Source: Octopus bimaculoides | Taxonomy: Eukaryota | Reading direction: 5' to 3' | NCBI RefSeq assembly: GCF_001194135.2 | Contig: NC_068984.1 | Span: 9,516,516-9,580,515 of the forward strand | Length of the DNA stretch: 64,000 nucleotides | Shown here: positions 38,745-50,766 of the stretch, in pieces | Layout of the letters: each line of letters opens with the position of its first letter | Numbering within the stretch: the first letter of the stretch is position 1 | Position numbers and translations under genes: made by a program | Notes under the pieces: generated by a model | What the model was told of the DNA's origin: nothing | The model's database searches: none | What the model saw: only the letters and a program-made list of their open reading frames with translations

Positions 38745-39021
38745 ATTGGAGCTCTAAGTTTTGTTAGTAAATGCTTAAAGGAGAATCTGGATAAACTGGG
38801 ATTTTCAGAAAAAGAAATCGACCGGCTGATTTGTACATTAAAAGTGCAATCTGTGAGTGGAACAGAAAAAATATGCAAGACTTAACAAATTCCAAATGTG
38901 AATTTTTCTGTGTTAACTACATCCCAAAGATGGAGCCTTGTATCTTTGTTGGAAACCGGCTCCCTCCTCAGTGGAAGATTTATGATAATCAAACAATAGA
39001 AGAGACATACATACATACATA
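38745..39021 (+). mobile_element. R4/Dong-like RLE-LINE extreme 3' fragment
   Basis: [46 protein letters not shown] (38745-38885) resembles the C-terminus of RLE domains; (ACAT)n on both sides. Confidence 0.6.
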
Positions 39022-39134
39022 CAATCAAATCGTTATCCTGAACCAGAAGACAACTACTGCTGGCGAAATGAAAGCGGATGATGAGCTTCAGAACCAACAG
39101 ATCGTCTGACAAAAAAATACCTTCCAATTACAAT

Positions 39135-39305
39135 ATTTCATTTCGACTGTCTTTACGTTCTGAGTTCAAATTCCTCCGAGGGTCGACTTTGCCTTTCATC
39201 ATTTCGGGGTCGATAAATTAAGTACCAGTTTCGTACTGAGGTCGATTTAATCGACTGGCCCCCTCCCCAGAAATTTCAGGCCTCGTGCCTAGAGTAGAAA
39301 AGAAT
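39135..39305 (+). mobile_element. SINE B, 5'-truncated (tail type 2)
   Basis: B box, core and tail AAATTTCAGGCCTCGTGCCTAGAGTAGAAAAG. Confidence 0.8.
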
Positions 39306-40730
39306 ATTTCATTTCGTCCTTTAGTGCTCTGTTCGAATCTTACCAAGGGTAAGTTTATTTCTTCTCTTTCCTAAATCGATAAAACCAATACCAGACATAT
39401 GCTGGGGTTGATTTAGTAAATACCAGGAATACACTGGAATTGTCTTAACAGACTATATCCTTCCCGATTGCTGTGTTCCTATGTCAGAAATCATTATACT
39501 AAATATTAACCGATTCTATATTGGCAAGAATTTTGGTATTTGGTAGTCTCTGAATATCTCGGTGTTATTTAGAGAAATTTCAAAATGGTGCCAAGTTTTA
39601 AATCCTAAGAGAAATTTTGGTTTTTTTACATTAGCAATATTCTTGTACATTGAATATTCGTTTTCTCTGAGTTCTAAAACTTAAGATCCTTGTTGTTGTT
39701 GTTGTTTTACTGGAAAACCAAGATATTCTGGGTTTGGAAAACGCATAGCCTCTTCAATCGAAGAGAATTGAAAATTTAGTTTTTCTGGGCTATTTTGGTT
39801 TTCTTTTTTTGTTTTTTAAGTTTAGTTTGCTATTAGTAGATCGAAATTAAAAATACTTAATCATTGGTTAGCTAACTTTACACACCAAGAAAATCTAATT
39901 ATAACATTTTCCAATCTTTTTTCTCAAAGATGGCCATGAAATCTGGAGAAGTTTGGTTCAACTCAAATATTTAACACTCCAGATGATTCAAGGCACTTCT
40001 ATCGTTTATATGTTATCTGTCTTATTGAGTATTCCACTATGACTTCCGTAAATACAAAATCGAACCAAAAAATGTGAAATAAAACAGACAAACAAAACTA
40101 AAAAAACGATCGATAATTGTTTTCCGCCGCTTGGCCAAACTCATTTCTGTTAAAATGTGAAGGAAAATCGGAAAGAGAAGAAATCAGAAGAGACAAGTAC
40201 AGAGAGAAATAGAGTTAAAACGAGTGACAAAAAGAAGCAGAGAGAAAGAAGTGGTGACTGGGTTATTAAAATCTCTTCATATCTACTTGATACGAAATTA
40301 TATTCTATAGAACCGCAAAATTGCATTTCCGCCATTTTAAAATCAATAGACGGTGATGTTGATTTTTTTTGTTTTATAACTAATCCTAATATGCAAGCTC
40401 AAGACATTTCTTCGCCATTTACACCAAACCAACTTTATTTTACGTGAAGTCTATTTCGGTGTAATTTACCGACTGACTTCATCGATTTTATACTTCGATT
40501 ACTAATGATTAATATCTACATTCATGTCCGAATCTACTGAAAGTCTCGAGGTTAGGCCACCTCGTGAGGTAGTTTCAATCCCCTTTTTCAATTTCATTTA
40601 CAACACCTTTACGGCAAGGCATGACTACCACATCCTCACTTTCGCTTCTTTAATATATAAGGCTTATATAACTGGTAAAAAAAAACATTACTCTTGCACA
40701 CCTTTATTTCTATTATTAGTGCTCGGTTGC

Positions 40731-40912
40731 TAAGGCGGCGAGATGGCAGAATCGTTAGCACGCCGGGCGAACTGCTTAGAGATATTTCCTCTGCCGCTAC
40801 GTTCTGAGTTCAATTTCCACCGCGATCCACTTTCCTTTTCATCCTCTCGGAGTCGATGAAATAAGTAAGTTACACACTGGGGATCGATGTAATCGACTAA
40901 CCCCTACCCCAC
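40731..40912 (+). mobile_element. SINE B
   Basis: Head TAAGGCGGCGAGATGGCAGAATCG plus core. Confidence 0.8.
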
Positions 40913-40999
40913 CACCGCAAAAAAAAAGAATTTCTAGAGCACAAATAATTATTATTGCTTGTTTGAGCAGACCTGTAACTATCTATTTTCTTTTTTTAT

Positions 41000-41080
41000 T
41001 TTTCATCTTTTACTTGTTTCAGTCATTGGATTGCAGCCATACTGGAGCATCTCCTTGGATAGCTTGAATCGAACAAATCG
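41000..41080 (-). mobile_element. SINE A tail, distal half of the copy split by the PLE
   Basis: CGATTTGTTCGA...GATGCTCCAGTATGGCTGCAATCCAATGACTGAAAC continues the A sequence interrupted at 42808. Confidence 0.75.
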
Positions 41081-41091
41081 TGTTTGTTGTT

Positions 41092-41137
41092 AACATAACG
41101 TTTCGGCTGATATACCCTCCAGCCTTCATCAGGTGTC
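41092..41137 (-). ncRNA. Minimal type I hammerhead ribozyme motif at the PLE terminus
   Basis: GACAC-CTGATGA-A-GGCTG-(10 nt)-CAGCC-GAAACGT-T-ATGTT; one stem I mismatch next to the cleavage site. Confidence 0.65.
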
Positions 41138-41173
41138 TTGGTGAAATTTCGAACCTGGGTTCTCATTCCTAAG

Positions 41174-41237
<64 letters not shown>

Positions 41238-41240
41238 TCA

Positions 41241-41313
41241 GGTCACTGCCTGAAATCAAACTCGGAATCTTGGAGTTAGTAACCCGCGCTCTTAATCACT
41301 ATGTCATATGCCC
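41241..41313 (-). other. tRNA-like Pol III promoter cassette (not a functional tRNA)
   Basis: 73 nt with an A-box-like TGACATAGTGA, an anticodon-arm-like GGGTTACTAACTC and a B-box-like GAGTTTGATTTC; the acceptor stem is poorly paired. Confidence 0.6.
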
Positions 41314-42807
41314 GTGGGCAATTATAGAGCGAATTTTAGGGCTTATAAACCTAATATCTTCCTATCCTTCCTTAACACTGGTTCCCATATGCTATTCACA
41401 TCTGCACTCAGTCTGCTTCGGAGGTTTTTGTGTCCTAGCATATGTGCTGCTTCTTTTCGTTTTCGTATTTTCCAGTTGTTTTCTCTATCTATTATTTTAA
41501 CTTCATCGCACAGGGGGAGATGGTCTGCATTTTTCTATACATGATTAGCTATACCCGATTTATCAATATCTCCCCGTGTCACAGCTTTGCGATGTCCCTC
41601 TACCCTTATTTTGAGGGGGTGACATGTTTCGCCTTTGTATAACCTACCACAGCTGCATGGGATGGAGTACACGCGATCTTTGGTCATATTCTCTTCTATT
41701 GGTAGTTTCACTCGAAGGAGATATTTGTGAAGTGTTGTACTACTCTTGAATACTGTCCTGATGTCATATGGGCCGCATATCTTTTGTATCTTTTCGGAGT
41801 GGCCTTTCACATAGGGTACACAGACTGTGGACGGTTTATTGATTTCATCCCTTCTTTTCTTCATAATTGGAGTGGAGAGTATGCTTTTGGGGTAGTTGTT
41901 GCTTAATAGATTGTTACTTAGCTTGATCATTCCTTCGTAGTGGGTATCACGATCGCTACTTCTATTCACTGCTCGATATTTTAGGCACTGAGCAATCTCT
42001 CTCATTACACTGTATGGATGGTGGGAATTGAATCTGAGGTATCGTCCAGTGGAGGTCAGCTCGCGGTATACGGATGTCCTGAATCCATACTTGGTGCGTG
42101 TTATTACTACGTCCAGGAATGCTAGCTGATTGTCTTTTTCCTTTTCTATTGTGAACTGTATGGATGGCTTTATTGAGTTCACATGATCTAACAGCACTTG
42201 GACATCTTCTTGGTGAGGCCAGAGTATAGAGATGTCATCAACATATCGCAGCCATTGGGTTGGTTTTAGTGGTATTGATCCTAAAGCCAAATTCTCAAAA
42301 TATCCCATGTATATATTGGCTATTATCGGTGATAATGACGAACCCATAGCTAAATCGTCTTCTTGTCGGTATATATCAGTGTCCATACTGAAATAGGTAG
42401 TTTCTACACAGAAGGTCAACATTTCCATCAGGTTTCTTATTGGCATACTAGTGCGTTCTTTTAGATGGATGTCTGTCACTAGTTTTCCTTGAATCACCGA
42501 TAGTGCTTCACCAGTCGAGACTTTGGTGAACAGACTTATCACATCTAGACTCACCACCTGGTTGAATTCTGTGAAGTGGGTGGAATTATTCACGTACGAT
42601 GTTGACTTTTCTGCTAATGGACTGATTATATCCACCAAGAAGCGGCTCAGTGGATGACATGCTGAACCTTTACAGCTCACTATAGGTCTTAGTGGAATAC
42701 CTTCCTTGTGAATCTTAGGAAGACCGTACATGTGTGGTAGTTTACTGCATTGTTCAGTCAGTTGTCTGTACCTCATTGGTGTAAAGTGGTCCTTGTTCAT
42801 GATCAAG

Positions 42808-42940
42808 ATCGATCTGAGTACTTATTTTTAAAAATTGGTACTTATTCTATCAGTTTTCGTTTGCAGAACAGCTAAGTCACGTGGACGTATACGAACCGGC
42901 ACCATTTGTCAAGATGTGGGAGACAAATACAGATAAAAGA
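42808..42940 (-). mobile_element. SINE A 3' half, proximal part of the copy split by the PLE
   Basis: TTTGTCTCCCACATCTTGACAA...GATAGAATAAGTACC...AATAAGTACTCAGATCGAT. Confidence 0.7.
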
Positions 42941-43050
42941 CGCGCGCGCACACATTCACACATACACACACACACACACACACATACGCATACACACGTG
43001 CAGACACACACACACGCATAGACGCGCACATACATATATAGATATTTAAT

Positions 43051-43087
<37 letters not shown>

Positions 43088-43194
43088 AATGGATGCGTGG
43101 CGTTGGATCATATAATATAAATAATATATAAATATATGCATATATACATACATATATGTACATACCTACATATATATGTACATATACATGCATA

Positions 43195-43380
43195 TATGGG
43201 TACAGGACATCAAAAACACGTGAACAAAGAGAGAAACGAGAGCATAAAAAACATAGAAAACGAACTTCTTTTCGAACAACGAAAGAAGCAAATAGAGAAA
43301 CGAAACAGGAAACATAAAGAACAATCCCTTCATCAGTTGTCCCCTGTTTTATCTACTCCGCGTTTGATAACTGATGTGGT
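43195..43380 (-). repeat. Second copy of the CTGATGA-containing repeat at 10540-10775
   Basis: Clear collinear similarity over about 170 bp. Confidence 0.65.
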
Positions 43381-43444
43381 TTATTCATGTTCCTGTAATT
43401 TAGTAGCTTCGCATGAGAGACCAAGAGAGCAAGTACTGGACTTA

Positions 43445-43661
43445 TGAAGGTTCGCTGAAAAGTTCCTGGCTTTGGGTAAAAGAAAATACAGGAGAATCAG
43501 TTAATTATGATTTTATTTAACATATTCCCCTCTCAGATTCGCACATTTATTGCAGTGGTCCTTCAGCTTTTCTAAGCCCTGTAAAAGACTTCGGAACGTT
43601 GGGCCTCCAACCGGGCCTTTCGCGATACCTTAAAAGCCAGGAACTTTTCCGCGCATCCTCG
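43445..43661. mobile_element. Mariner-type MITE
   Basis: TIRs TGAAGGTTCGCTGAAAAGTTCCTGGCTTT / AAAGCCAGGAACTTTTCCGCGCATCCTCG, with TA on both sides. Confidence 0.75.
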
Positions 43662-43966
43662 TAAATTCACACAGAGGCAATAAGAGAATCAGACGTGTAC
43701 AGACAGTCGATGTTTTCAAAAAAGTTCTTTGGATCACCAAACCTCGTGATCTCTGCATAAATATACGAATAAGTTCGAAGAAAAACCTCCCCCATACACA
43801 CACAACAATGCACATATACAAACTTGCACGTACACAAACATACATACATATATACACACACACACACACCAACTGTCTGGTTGTATTTAAATAAGTTTGG
43901 AAACCAATCAGGTATAGAATTAGTTGATCCAATTTCATTTCTAGACAGACAACAAACACACACACG

Positions 43967-43997
<31 letters not shown>

Positions 43998-44503
43998 GTT
44001 TGTGTGTGCACATATATATATGCCATTTCTATTCATTTTTTCATATATATATNNNNNNNNNNNNNNNNNNNNNNNNNNNNNNNNNNNNNNNNNNNNNNNN
44101 NNNNNNNNNNNNNNNNNNNNNNNNNNNNNNNNNNNNNNNNNNNNNNNNNNNNNNNNNNNNNNNNNNNNNNNNNNNNNNNNNNNNNNNNNNNNNNNNNNNN
44201 NNNNNNNNNNNNNNNNNNNNNNNNNNNNNNNNNNNNNNNNNNNNNNNNNNNNNNNNNNNNNNNNNNNNNNNNNNNNNNNNNNNNNNNNNNNNNNNNNNNN
44301 NNNNNNNNNNNNNNNNNNNNNNNNNNNNNNNNNNNNNNNNNNATATATATTCAGACGCACATTAAACTAGGCAGTATAATTTTAGTTCATTTAAGCGAGA
44401 TATCTAATCGATGGCGGTGCACAAGGACTAAACAAGACAGTCGGGCCATGACTTCATATCTTTATATCTATGGGAATAAACAAACTGGAAGACTGTATGT
44501 AAT

Positions 44504-44564
<61 letters not shown>

Positions 44565-44646
44565 GAAGATAGATAGATAGACAGATAGATAGATTGATAG
44601 ATGTGAGTCTTTGACTAGGTTTACATATATATATGCATGTGCATGC

Positions 44647-44680
<34 letters not shown>

Positions 44681-46200
44681 CATGTACATATATATATGTA
44701 TGTACATGTATACATATATGTATGTATATATGTATATATATGTATGTACGTATGTATATATTTATATAGATTTATAAGGAATGGCCCGTTTATTTTTGTC
44801 TGTTGTGCATGCATGTGTGTATATGTTCGATGAGGTGTGTGAGTGTATGTGTATGTGTTTGTTGTTGTTGTTGTTGTTGTTGTTGTTTTTGTGAGAACAA
44901 CAACAATCTCTATGAAAGATGAACGGAAATTGTGGAGGAATCGTCTAATTGCAGATAAAACCTCGTTGTTGGTCGATCGATAATGCAGAAGTCAATGCTT
45001 TTATTTAGAAGATGTGAATCGAGACAAGCGCACACGAACTATAACACCCCCTACACACACACACACACACACACATACACACATACACATACACACATAC
45101 ACACACACATACACACACACACCCACACAAATGTGCTTTAGTGTGTGAGTGTATGCCTATATATGTGTGTGCGCATAGGCATATATACATATTACAAGGG
45201 TATGCGTATATATACATATATATATATATATATANNNNNNNNNNNNNNNNNNNNNNNNNNNNNNNNNNNNNNNNNNNNNNNNNNNNNNNNNNNNNNNNNN
45301 NNNNNNNNNNNNNNNNNNNNNNNNNNNNNNNNNNNNNNNNNNNNNNNNNNNNNNNNNNNNNNNNNNNNNNNNNNNNNNNNNNNNNNNNNNNNNNNNNNNN
45401 NNNNNNNNNNNNNNNNNNNNNNNNNNNNNNNNNNNNNNNNNNNNNNNNNNNNNNNNNNNNNNNNNNNNNNNNNNNNNNNNNNNNNNNNNNNNNNNNNNNN
45501 NNNNNNNNNNNNNNNNNNNNNNNNNNNNNNNNNNNNNNNNNNNNNNNNNNNNNNNNNNNNNNNNNNNNNNNNNNNNNNNNNNNNNNNNNNNNNNNNNNNN
45601 NNNNNNNNNNNNNNNNNNNNNNNNNNNNNNNNNNNNNNNNNNNNNNNNNNNNNNNNNNNNNNNNNNNNNNNNNNNNNNNNNNNNNNNNNNNNNNNNNNNN
45701 NNNNNNNNNNNNNNNNNNNNNNNNNNNNNNNNNNNNNNNNNNNNNNNNNNNNNNNNNNNNNNNNNNNNNNNNNNNNNNNNNNNNNNNNNNNNNNNNNNNN
45801 NNNNNNNNNNNNNNNNNNNNNNNNNNNNNNNNNNNNNNNNNNNNNNNNNNNNNNNNNNNNNNNNNNNNNNNNNNNNNNNNNNNNNNNNNNNNNNNNNNNN
45901 NNNNNNNNNNNNNNNNNNNNNNNNNNNNNNNNNNNNNNNNNNNNNNNNNNNNNNNNNNNNNNNNNNNNNNNNNNNNNNNNNNNNNNNNNNNNNNNNNNNN
46001 NNNNNNNNNNNNNNNNNNNNNNNNNNNNNNNNNNNNNNNNNNNNNNNNNNNNNNNNNNNNNNNNNNNNNNNNNNNNNNNNNNNNNNNNNNNNNNNNNNNN
46101 NNNNNNNNNNNNNNNNNNNNNNNNNNNNNNNNNNNNNNNNNNNNNNNNNNNNNNNNNNNNNNNNNNNNNNNNNNNNNNNNNNNNNNNNNNNNNNNNNNNN

Positions 46201-46214
46201 TGTGTGTGTGTGTG

Positions 46215-46249
<35 letters not shown>

Positions 46250-46428
46250 GACTGTATCTGTGTTGCCCTTTACCATCGCTTGACAACCGATGTTGGTGTG
46301 TTTTCGTCCCCGTAACTTAGCAGTTCCGCAAAAGAGACTGATAGAATAAGTACTAGGCTTACAAAGAATAAGTCCTGGGGTCGATTTGTCCGGTTAAAGG
46401 TGGTGCTCCAGCATGGCCGCATTCAAAG
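46201..46428 (+). mobile_element. SINE A 3' half emerging from a gap
   Basis: CCATCGCTTGACAACCGATG...GGTGCTCCAGCATGGCCGC. Confidence 0.8.
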
Positions 46429-46647
46429 CATTTAAGTAAATTATCAGATATATTTTTACAGTGACTTCGAAGTTTCATCAGTGACTGGCTTCGCCATTTT
46501 ATATATGCCCGTCAATGATTGTGTGAGTTTACATACACACATACACAAATCCATACATACACATGTATATATATATGTATATATATATATATATATATAA
46601 GCAATGTTAATTCTCTAAATGAAGTATTAACAGTAACTGCACGATAA

Positions 46648-46947
46648 AGTGTAGTATATTGCCACTTAAGTGTGGCTGACCCCTAGGGGTGGATGTTACT
46701 GTTGCTTTTAGCCCCAGGAGGACATCTCCTCCAGCTGGCTTATCGACACACGACTGTGTCCTGTTTGCCAAGGGAAATCCGGATACGTTCGTGCTGCAGA
46801 TCGAGGTGAGAGGGATAACTTCCCTTGGCAAACAGGACACAGTCGTGTGTCGATAAGCCAGCTGGAGGAGATGTCCTCCTGGGGCTAAAAGCAACAGTAA
46901 CATCCACCCCTAGGGGTCAGCCACACTTAAGTGGCAATATACTACAC

Positions 46948-46948
<1 letters not shown>
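46648..46948. repeat. Perfect inverted repeat: 129-bp arms with a 43-bp spacer
   Basis: 46648-46776 is the exact reverse complement of 46820-46948, checked base by base. Confidence 0.95.
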
Positions 46949-47005
<57 letters not shown>

Positions 47006-47554
47006 CGCGTAGCGTAGCGCATTCTCTATGTTGTTCATCTGTTCAATTTTTTTACCAGATCTTATAAGAAAGATTTTTTTTTTCTTCTATTTCACGATAT
47101 TTTTGTTGTTTTTCATTCTATTTTAATTGCTGTTTTCTGGGAGTCTTTTTTTTTCTTGTTCTTTTTTCTTTGTCTTTAATGTAATGCTGCTAATATAATC
47201 GTGTTGGCAGATATGAATAAAATATGGAAATTTTCAAGGACCTTCCACTGTAAAGAGTGGCTGAATTCGAGGAAATTATCGATCAGATACAGACGCACGT
47301 ACTCAGAGACAGACAGACTGACAGAGAGGAAATCATACGTAGACACATAATGGCAAGAGAACACGTACACGTACATGCACACAAATACATAGACAACAAC
47401 ACACACATATACACAGAAAGCCACAAATTTATTAAAGATATATATTGATGATTTTAGTGGTCTTCATTATATTCCTTGTGCGGTGTTTTACTCGATTTCG
47501 GAAAAGTCACAAACAAAATCGATTCAAAGAGGATTTGAATTTCTCTGTTTTACA

Positions 47555-47720
47555 GGACTATTAAATCGATCTCAATAGCTGAATGGAGTTTCATTTTATC
47601 GATTCCGAAAGGATGCCAAGCAGATTTAATGTCGGCGAGATTTGAACACAGAACGTAAAGGCCGTAACTAAATGCTACTGGAACTTCCACCGATGCTCCT
47701 CCGATTCTGTCAAATCAGCG
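47555..47720 (-). mobile_element. Degenerate SINE B
   Basis: TTTTATCGATTCCGAAAGGATG...GATTTGAACACAGAACGTAAAG. Confidence 0.6.
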
Positions 47721-47913
47721 TGAACACAAAACTAAAAGGAGGCTGGTAGATAAAAGGAGGCTGGTAGATACTATGAAGCAATTAATCTAGTGCTTTCCAG
47801 TTTCTCCATATGTGTACTCTCAAGAGAAGGACGGAGTAATCATGGTTGGAACGTCTCTATCTCGGGCAGTTGTTCTCAACAATTTTTTTATCTTCGGACT
47901 CCTTTGAGAATTA

Positions 47914-48163
47914 TTGGGTTGGTGCATAATTATTGCGGCTTTTTTCAACAAATTTTATTCAACAAAAACAATAACAATATTTAACGAAAGCATCTTTAAA
48001 TGACGGTCTGACCGTCTGCCAAGCAAATGGGAAGCAGTAATTGAAGTAGATGGTGAATATGCTCTGGAATAACCATTTAAATATGTTTTTGTTACATGTT
48101 GTAATTGTTTTTGTTGAAGAAAATTTGTTGAAAAAAAGCCGCAATAATTATGCACCAACCCAA
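47914..48163 (+). mobile_element. Mariner deletion derivative (Hsmar1/MADE1-like TIRs)
   Basis: TIRs TTGGGTTGGTGCATAATTATTGCGGCTTTTTT, TA TSD at 47912-47913 and 48164-48165, and an internal transposase C-terminal remnant DRLPSKWEAVIEVDGEY. Confidence 0.9.
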
Positions 48164-48928
48164 TATTTTATTCTGGTTGACCCTACCCTTTACCATTCTT
48201 TGTTTAAAAACTAATTCCATAGATACTTCTTTCAAAATTCTTATTTTGTTTATCACACATTCATTCGTATAGGCTGAGAAAGAAGCCTGTTTCATGAAAT
48301 AAATACATCTAAAAGGAAAATTTCTCAGGGGCTACCTGAAATACTATTGTGGACCTGATTAACTATTTTGTTTGTGTAGGGACCCAAAAATCAAAACTAC
48401 TGATCTAGGATCTGCTTCAATCACAATTGACCTGTGGTTTAACAACAACAACGATAGTAGGACAACGATAGCAACAATGAGGTATTGAACACATTCTCAA
48501 GACGGCCTGCTTCTATTAATTCTAAGAACTAAAGTCAATAAAAATATCAACATGGTTGCCGTTGATCGAAGAGATTATTCAAGGTTTTACCGCCATTAAC
48601 ATAAACTTTATTTTCCATCTTTATCACTTTGCTGTGAGAACTCTTTACTTACACAAAGATATATATACATATATACATATACGGATTCATACATAGATAT
48701 AGATGTATTCTTATACATATACGTACATGCATACATATATACACACATACATATATACATGCATACATATGTGTATACATATCTATGAAGAGATATACAT
48801 ACATACATGCATACATTCATACATATATATCCATACATACACACATGTATACATTCGTACATGCGTGCATAAATATATAATATATATCCATGCTTATATG
48901 TGTGTATAATGCCTGTATGTATGCAAAT

Positions 48929-48968
<40 letters not shown>

Positions 48969-49578
48969 NNNNNNNNNNNNNNNNNNNNNNNNNNNNNNNN
49001 NNNNNNNNNNNNNNNNNNNNNNNNNNNNNNNNNNNNNNNNNNNNNNNNNNNNNNNNNNNGATTCATACATAGATATAGATGTATTCTTATACATATACGT
49101 ACATGCATACATATATACACACATACATATATACATGCATATCATATTCAAAATCTTTATAAATCAGACTGAAATGTTTATTTTCTTTCTCCCACTCTCT
49201 TTCTTTCTCTCTCTCCCTCCCTCTTTCTTTCATTCCCTCTTTCTTTTCCTCTCTATCTCTCTCTATATCTCTCTCACTCTCTGTCTCTCTCTCTCCAATT
49301 AATTGTCACCTCTTTAGTTTCACTTTCACCATAAATATTTCTTATCACACAACCACAGTTAAATCTTCGTTACAATTTTTGCAATGTTTTGGCACAGACT
49401 TTCGTTTGTTACTTAAGATGTCTCCATAATACCAATTGATGACTTTGTTTTCCAACACTTGTCTGGCTGAGTATACCTACCTAGTGTTTATGGTGTCTTC
49501 TTAACAAATGGAAAAAGAATTAAAACTTCAACGATTGTTTTTTCTAATGAATACAGGATATACCACACAAATATATGT

Positions 49579-49641
<63 letters not shown>

Positions 49642-49664
49642 CGTCTATGTGCGTGTGTGTGATT

Positions 49665-49858
49665 ATGTCTGTGTTTATCACCTGACAACCGGTGTTGGTG
49701 TGTTTTACGTCCTTACAACTTAGCGTTTCGGCAAAAGAGTTCGGTAAAATAAGTACCAGGCTTTAAAAGACAGACAAGTACTGGTGTCTATACATTCGAC
49801 GAAAAAGCTTTGAAGTCGGTGCTCCAGCATGGCTGCAGTCTCATGACTGAAACCAGTA
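49665..49858 (+). mobile_element. SINE A 3' half
   Basis: GACAACCGGTGTTGGTGTG...GTGCTCCAGCATGGCTGCAGTCTCATGACTGAAAC. Confidence 0.8.
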
Positions 49859-50068
49859 ACAGCGACGATAATATATAATTCAGAAGATGCACAGAGAATA
49901 ATGGGAATCTAAAAAATATCGTTTCTATTTATGTTAATACATTCAGGCAGATTCGAACATGAATGTGCTAATCGCTGTTGTTTTTCGTCATCGGAAAATA
50001 CATCCTCCCTTTAGACGACATATGTTCATAACACGCGTGGTTCACCGGTTCTCCGACATAAAGAGACT

Positions 50069-50296
50069 TTAACCATTTTGCATTCAGATTTTTCTGTCAA
50101 ATTTAACAATCATTTATTCACATTGCTTTGGATTGTTCATGCGTTATCTCGTAGATTTGAAATTTCGATGATGTTGTTGTTTATTCTTAGAATGACATTG
50201 TAGGCTAGGTGTAAGAGGCCAGATCTCAACTGTTTGAACACAAAACAGGTAGAAAATTTGGGCCAGATATGGCCGGTTTAAATACTAAAGGATTGA
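50069..50296. mobile_element. Possible TTAA-flanked (piggyBac-like) MITE, degenerate
   Basis: Imperfect terminal inverted ends TTAACCATTTTGCATT / AATACTAAAGGATTGA. Confidence 0.4.
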
Positions 50297-50766
50297 GATA
50301 CCGCGTTGTTTCTACCTAGTTATGTGTCTGCTTCATCAAAGCTACCCCACCGAACCGATGGATTTGATTAAGAGCACAGAACTCTTGCTTATAGGAATTA
50401 GCAAATAATGTGTTGGAGCGTGCTGGGGTCTACCAAATCCGAATTTCCAAAATAAACATATTTGTAAAAGGGAGTCACAAAAATAATTCTTCGTCTAACA
50501 CTTTGTCATTTTTCTGTCAGCAGAAATAACAATGCTCATGGTCCTTTTTGTGGTTTCAGAGATTGATGTGAAATGAGGGAGAAATGTGTCCTCAAACTGA
50601 AGATATGAACTAAATGCTTATAATAGAACTGACCTTGAGAATATCTTCTAGTGAGGCCAGGTAACAACAAAGAAGTCAAACATTGTTCGTATCAAGAAAA
50701 CCTACCGGTTGAGTGGAATGCAGCAATGTAAAATGAAGTGCATTGCTCAAGAACACACAGGAATAT

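Larger units (their letters stand above)
41081..42807 (-). mobile_element. 5'-truncated Penelope-like element (Poseidon type): RT, GIY-YIG endonuclease and terminal cassette
   Basis: 423-aa ORF with YGLPKIHK, PLRPIVS, LAMGSSLSP, YVDD (42234-42245), FLDV and VYSIPCSCGRLYKGET; one in-frame TAG, and the ORF continues to TAA at 41343-41345. Flanked by ATCG direct repeats inside a SINE A. Confidence 0.92.

Noticed and set aside
40565-40573. let-7-like TGAGGTAGT; also miR-10-like TACCCTGT at 28139-28146
   Set aside because: Only 8-9 nt match, with no mature-length match and no pre-miRNA hairpin.
48684-49140. 81-bp identical direct repeat either side of a gap (48684-48764 and 49060-49140); similar redundancy around the 6261-6383 gap
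   Set aside because: Perfect identity at a gap edge suggests an unmerged contig overlap rather than biology.
50560-50660. Apparent exon bounded by TTTCAG and GTAACA
   Set aside because: It has stops in all three frames and no supporting neighbouring exons.
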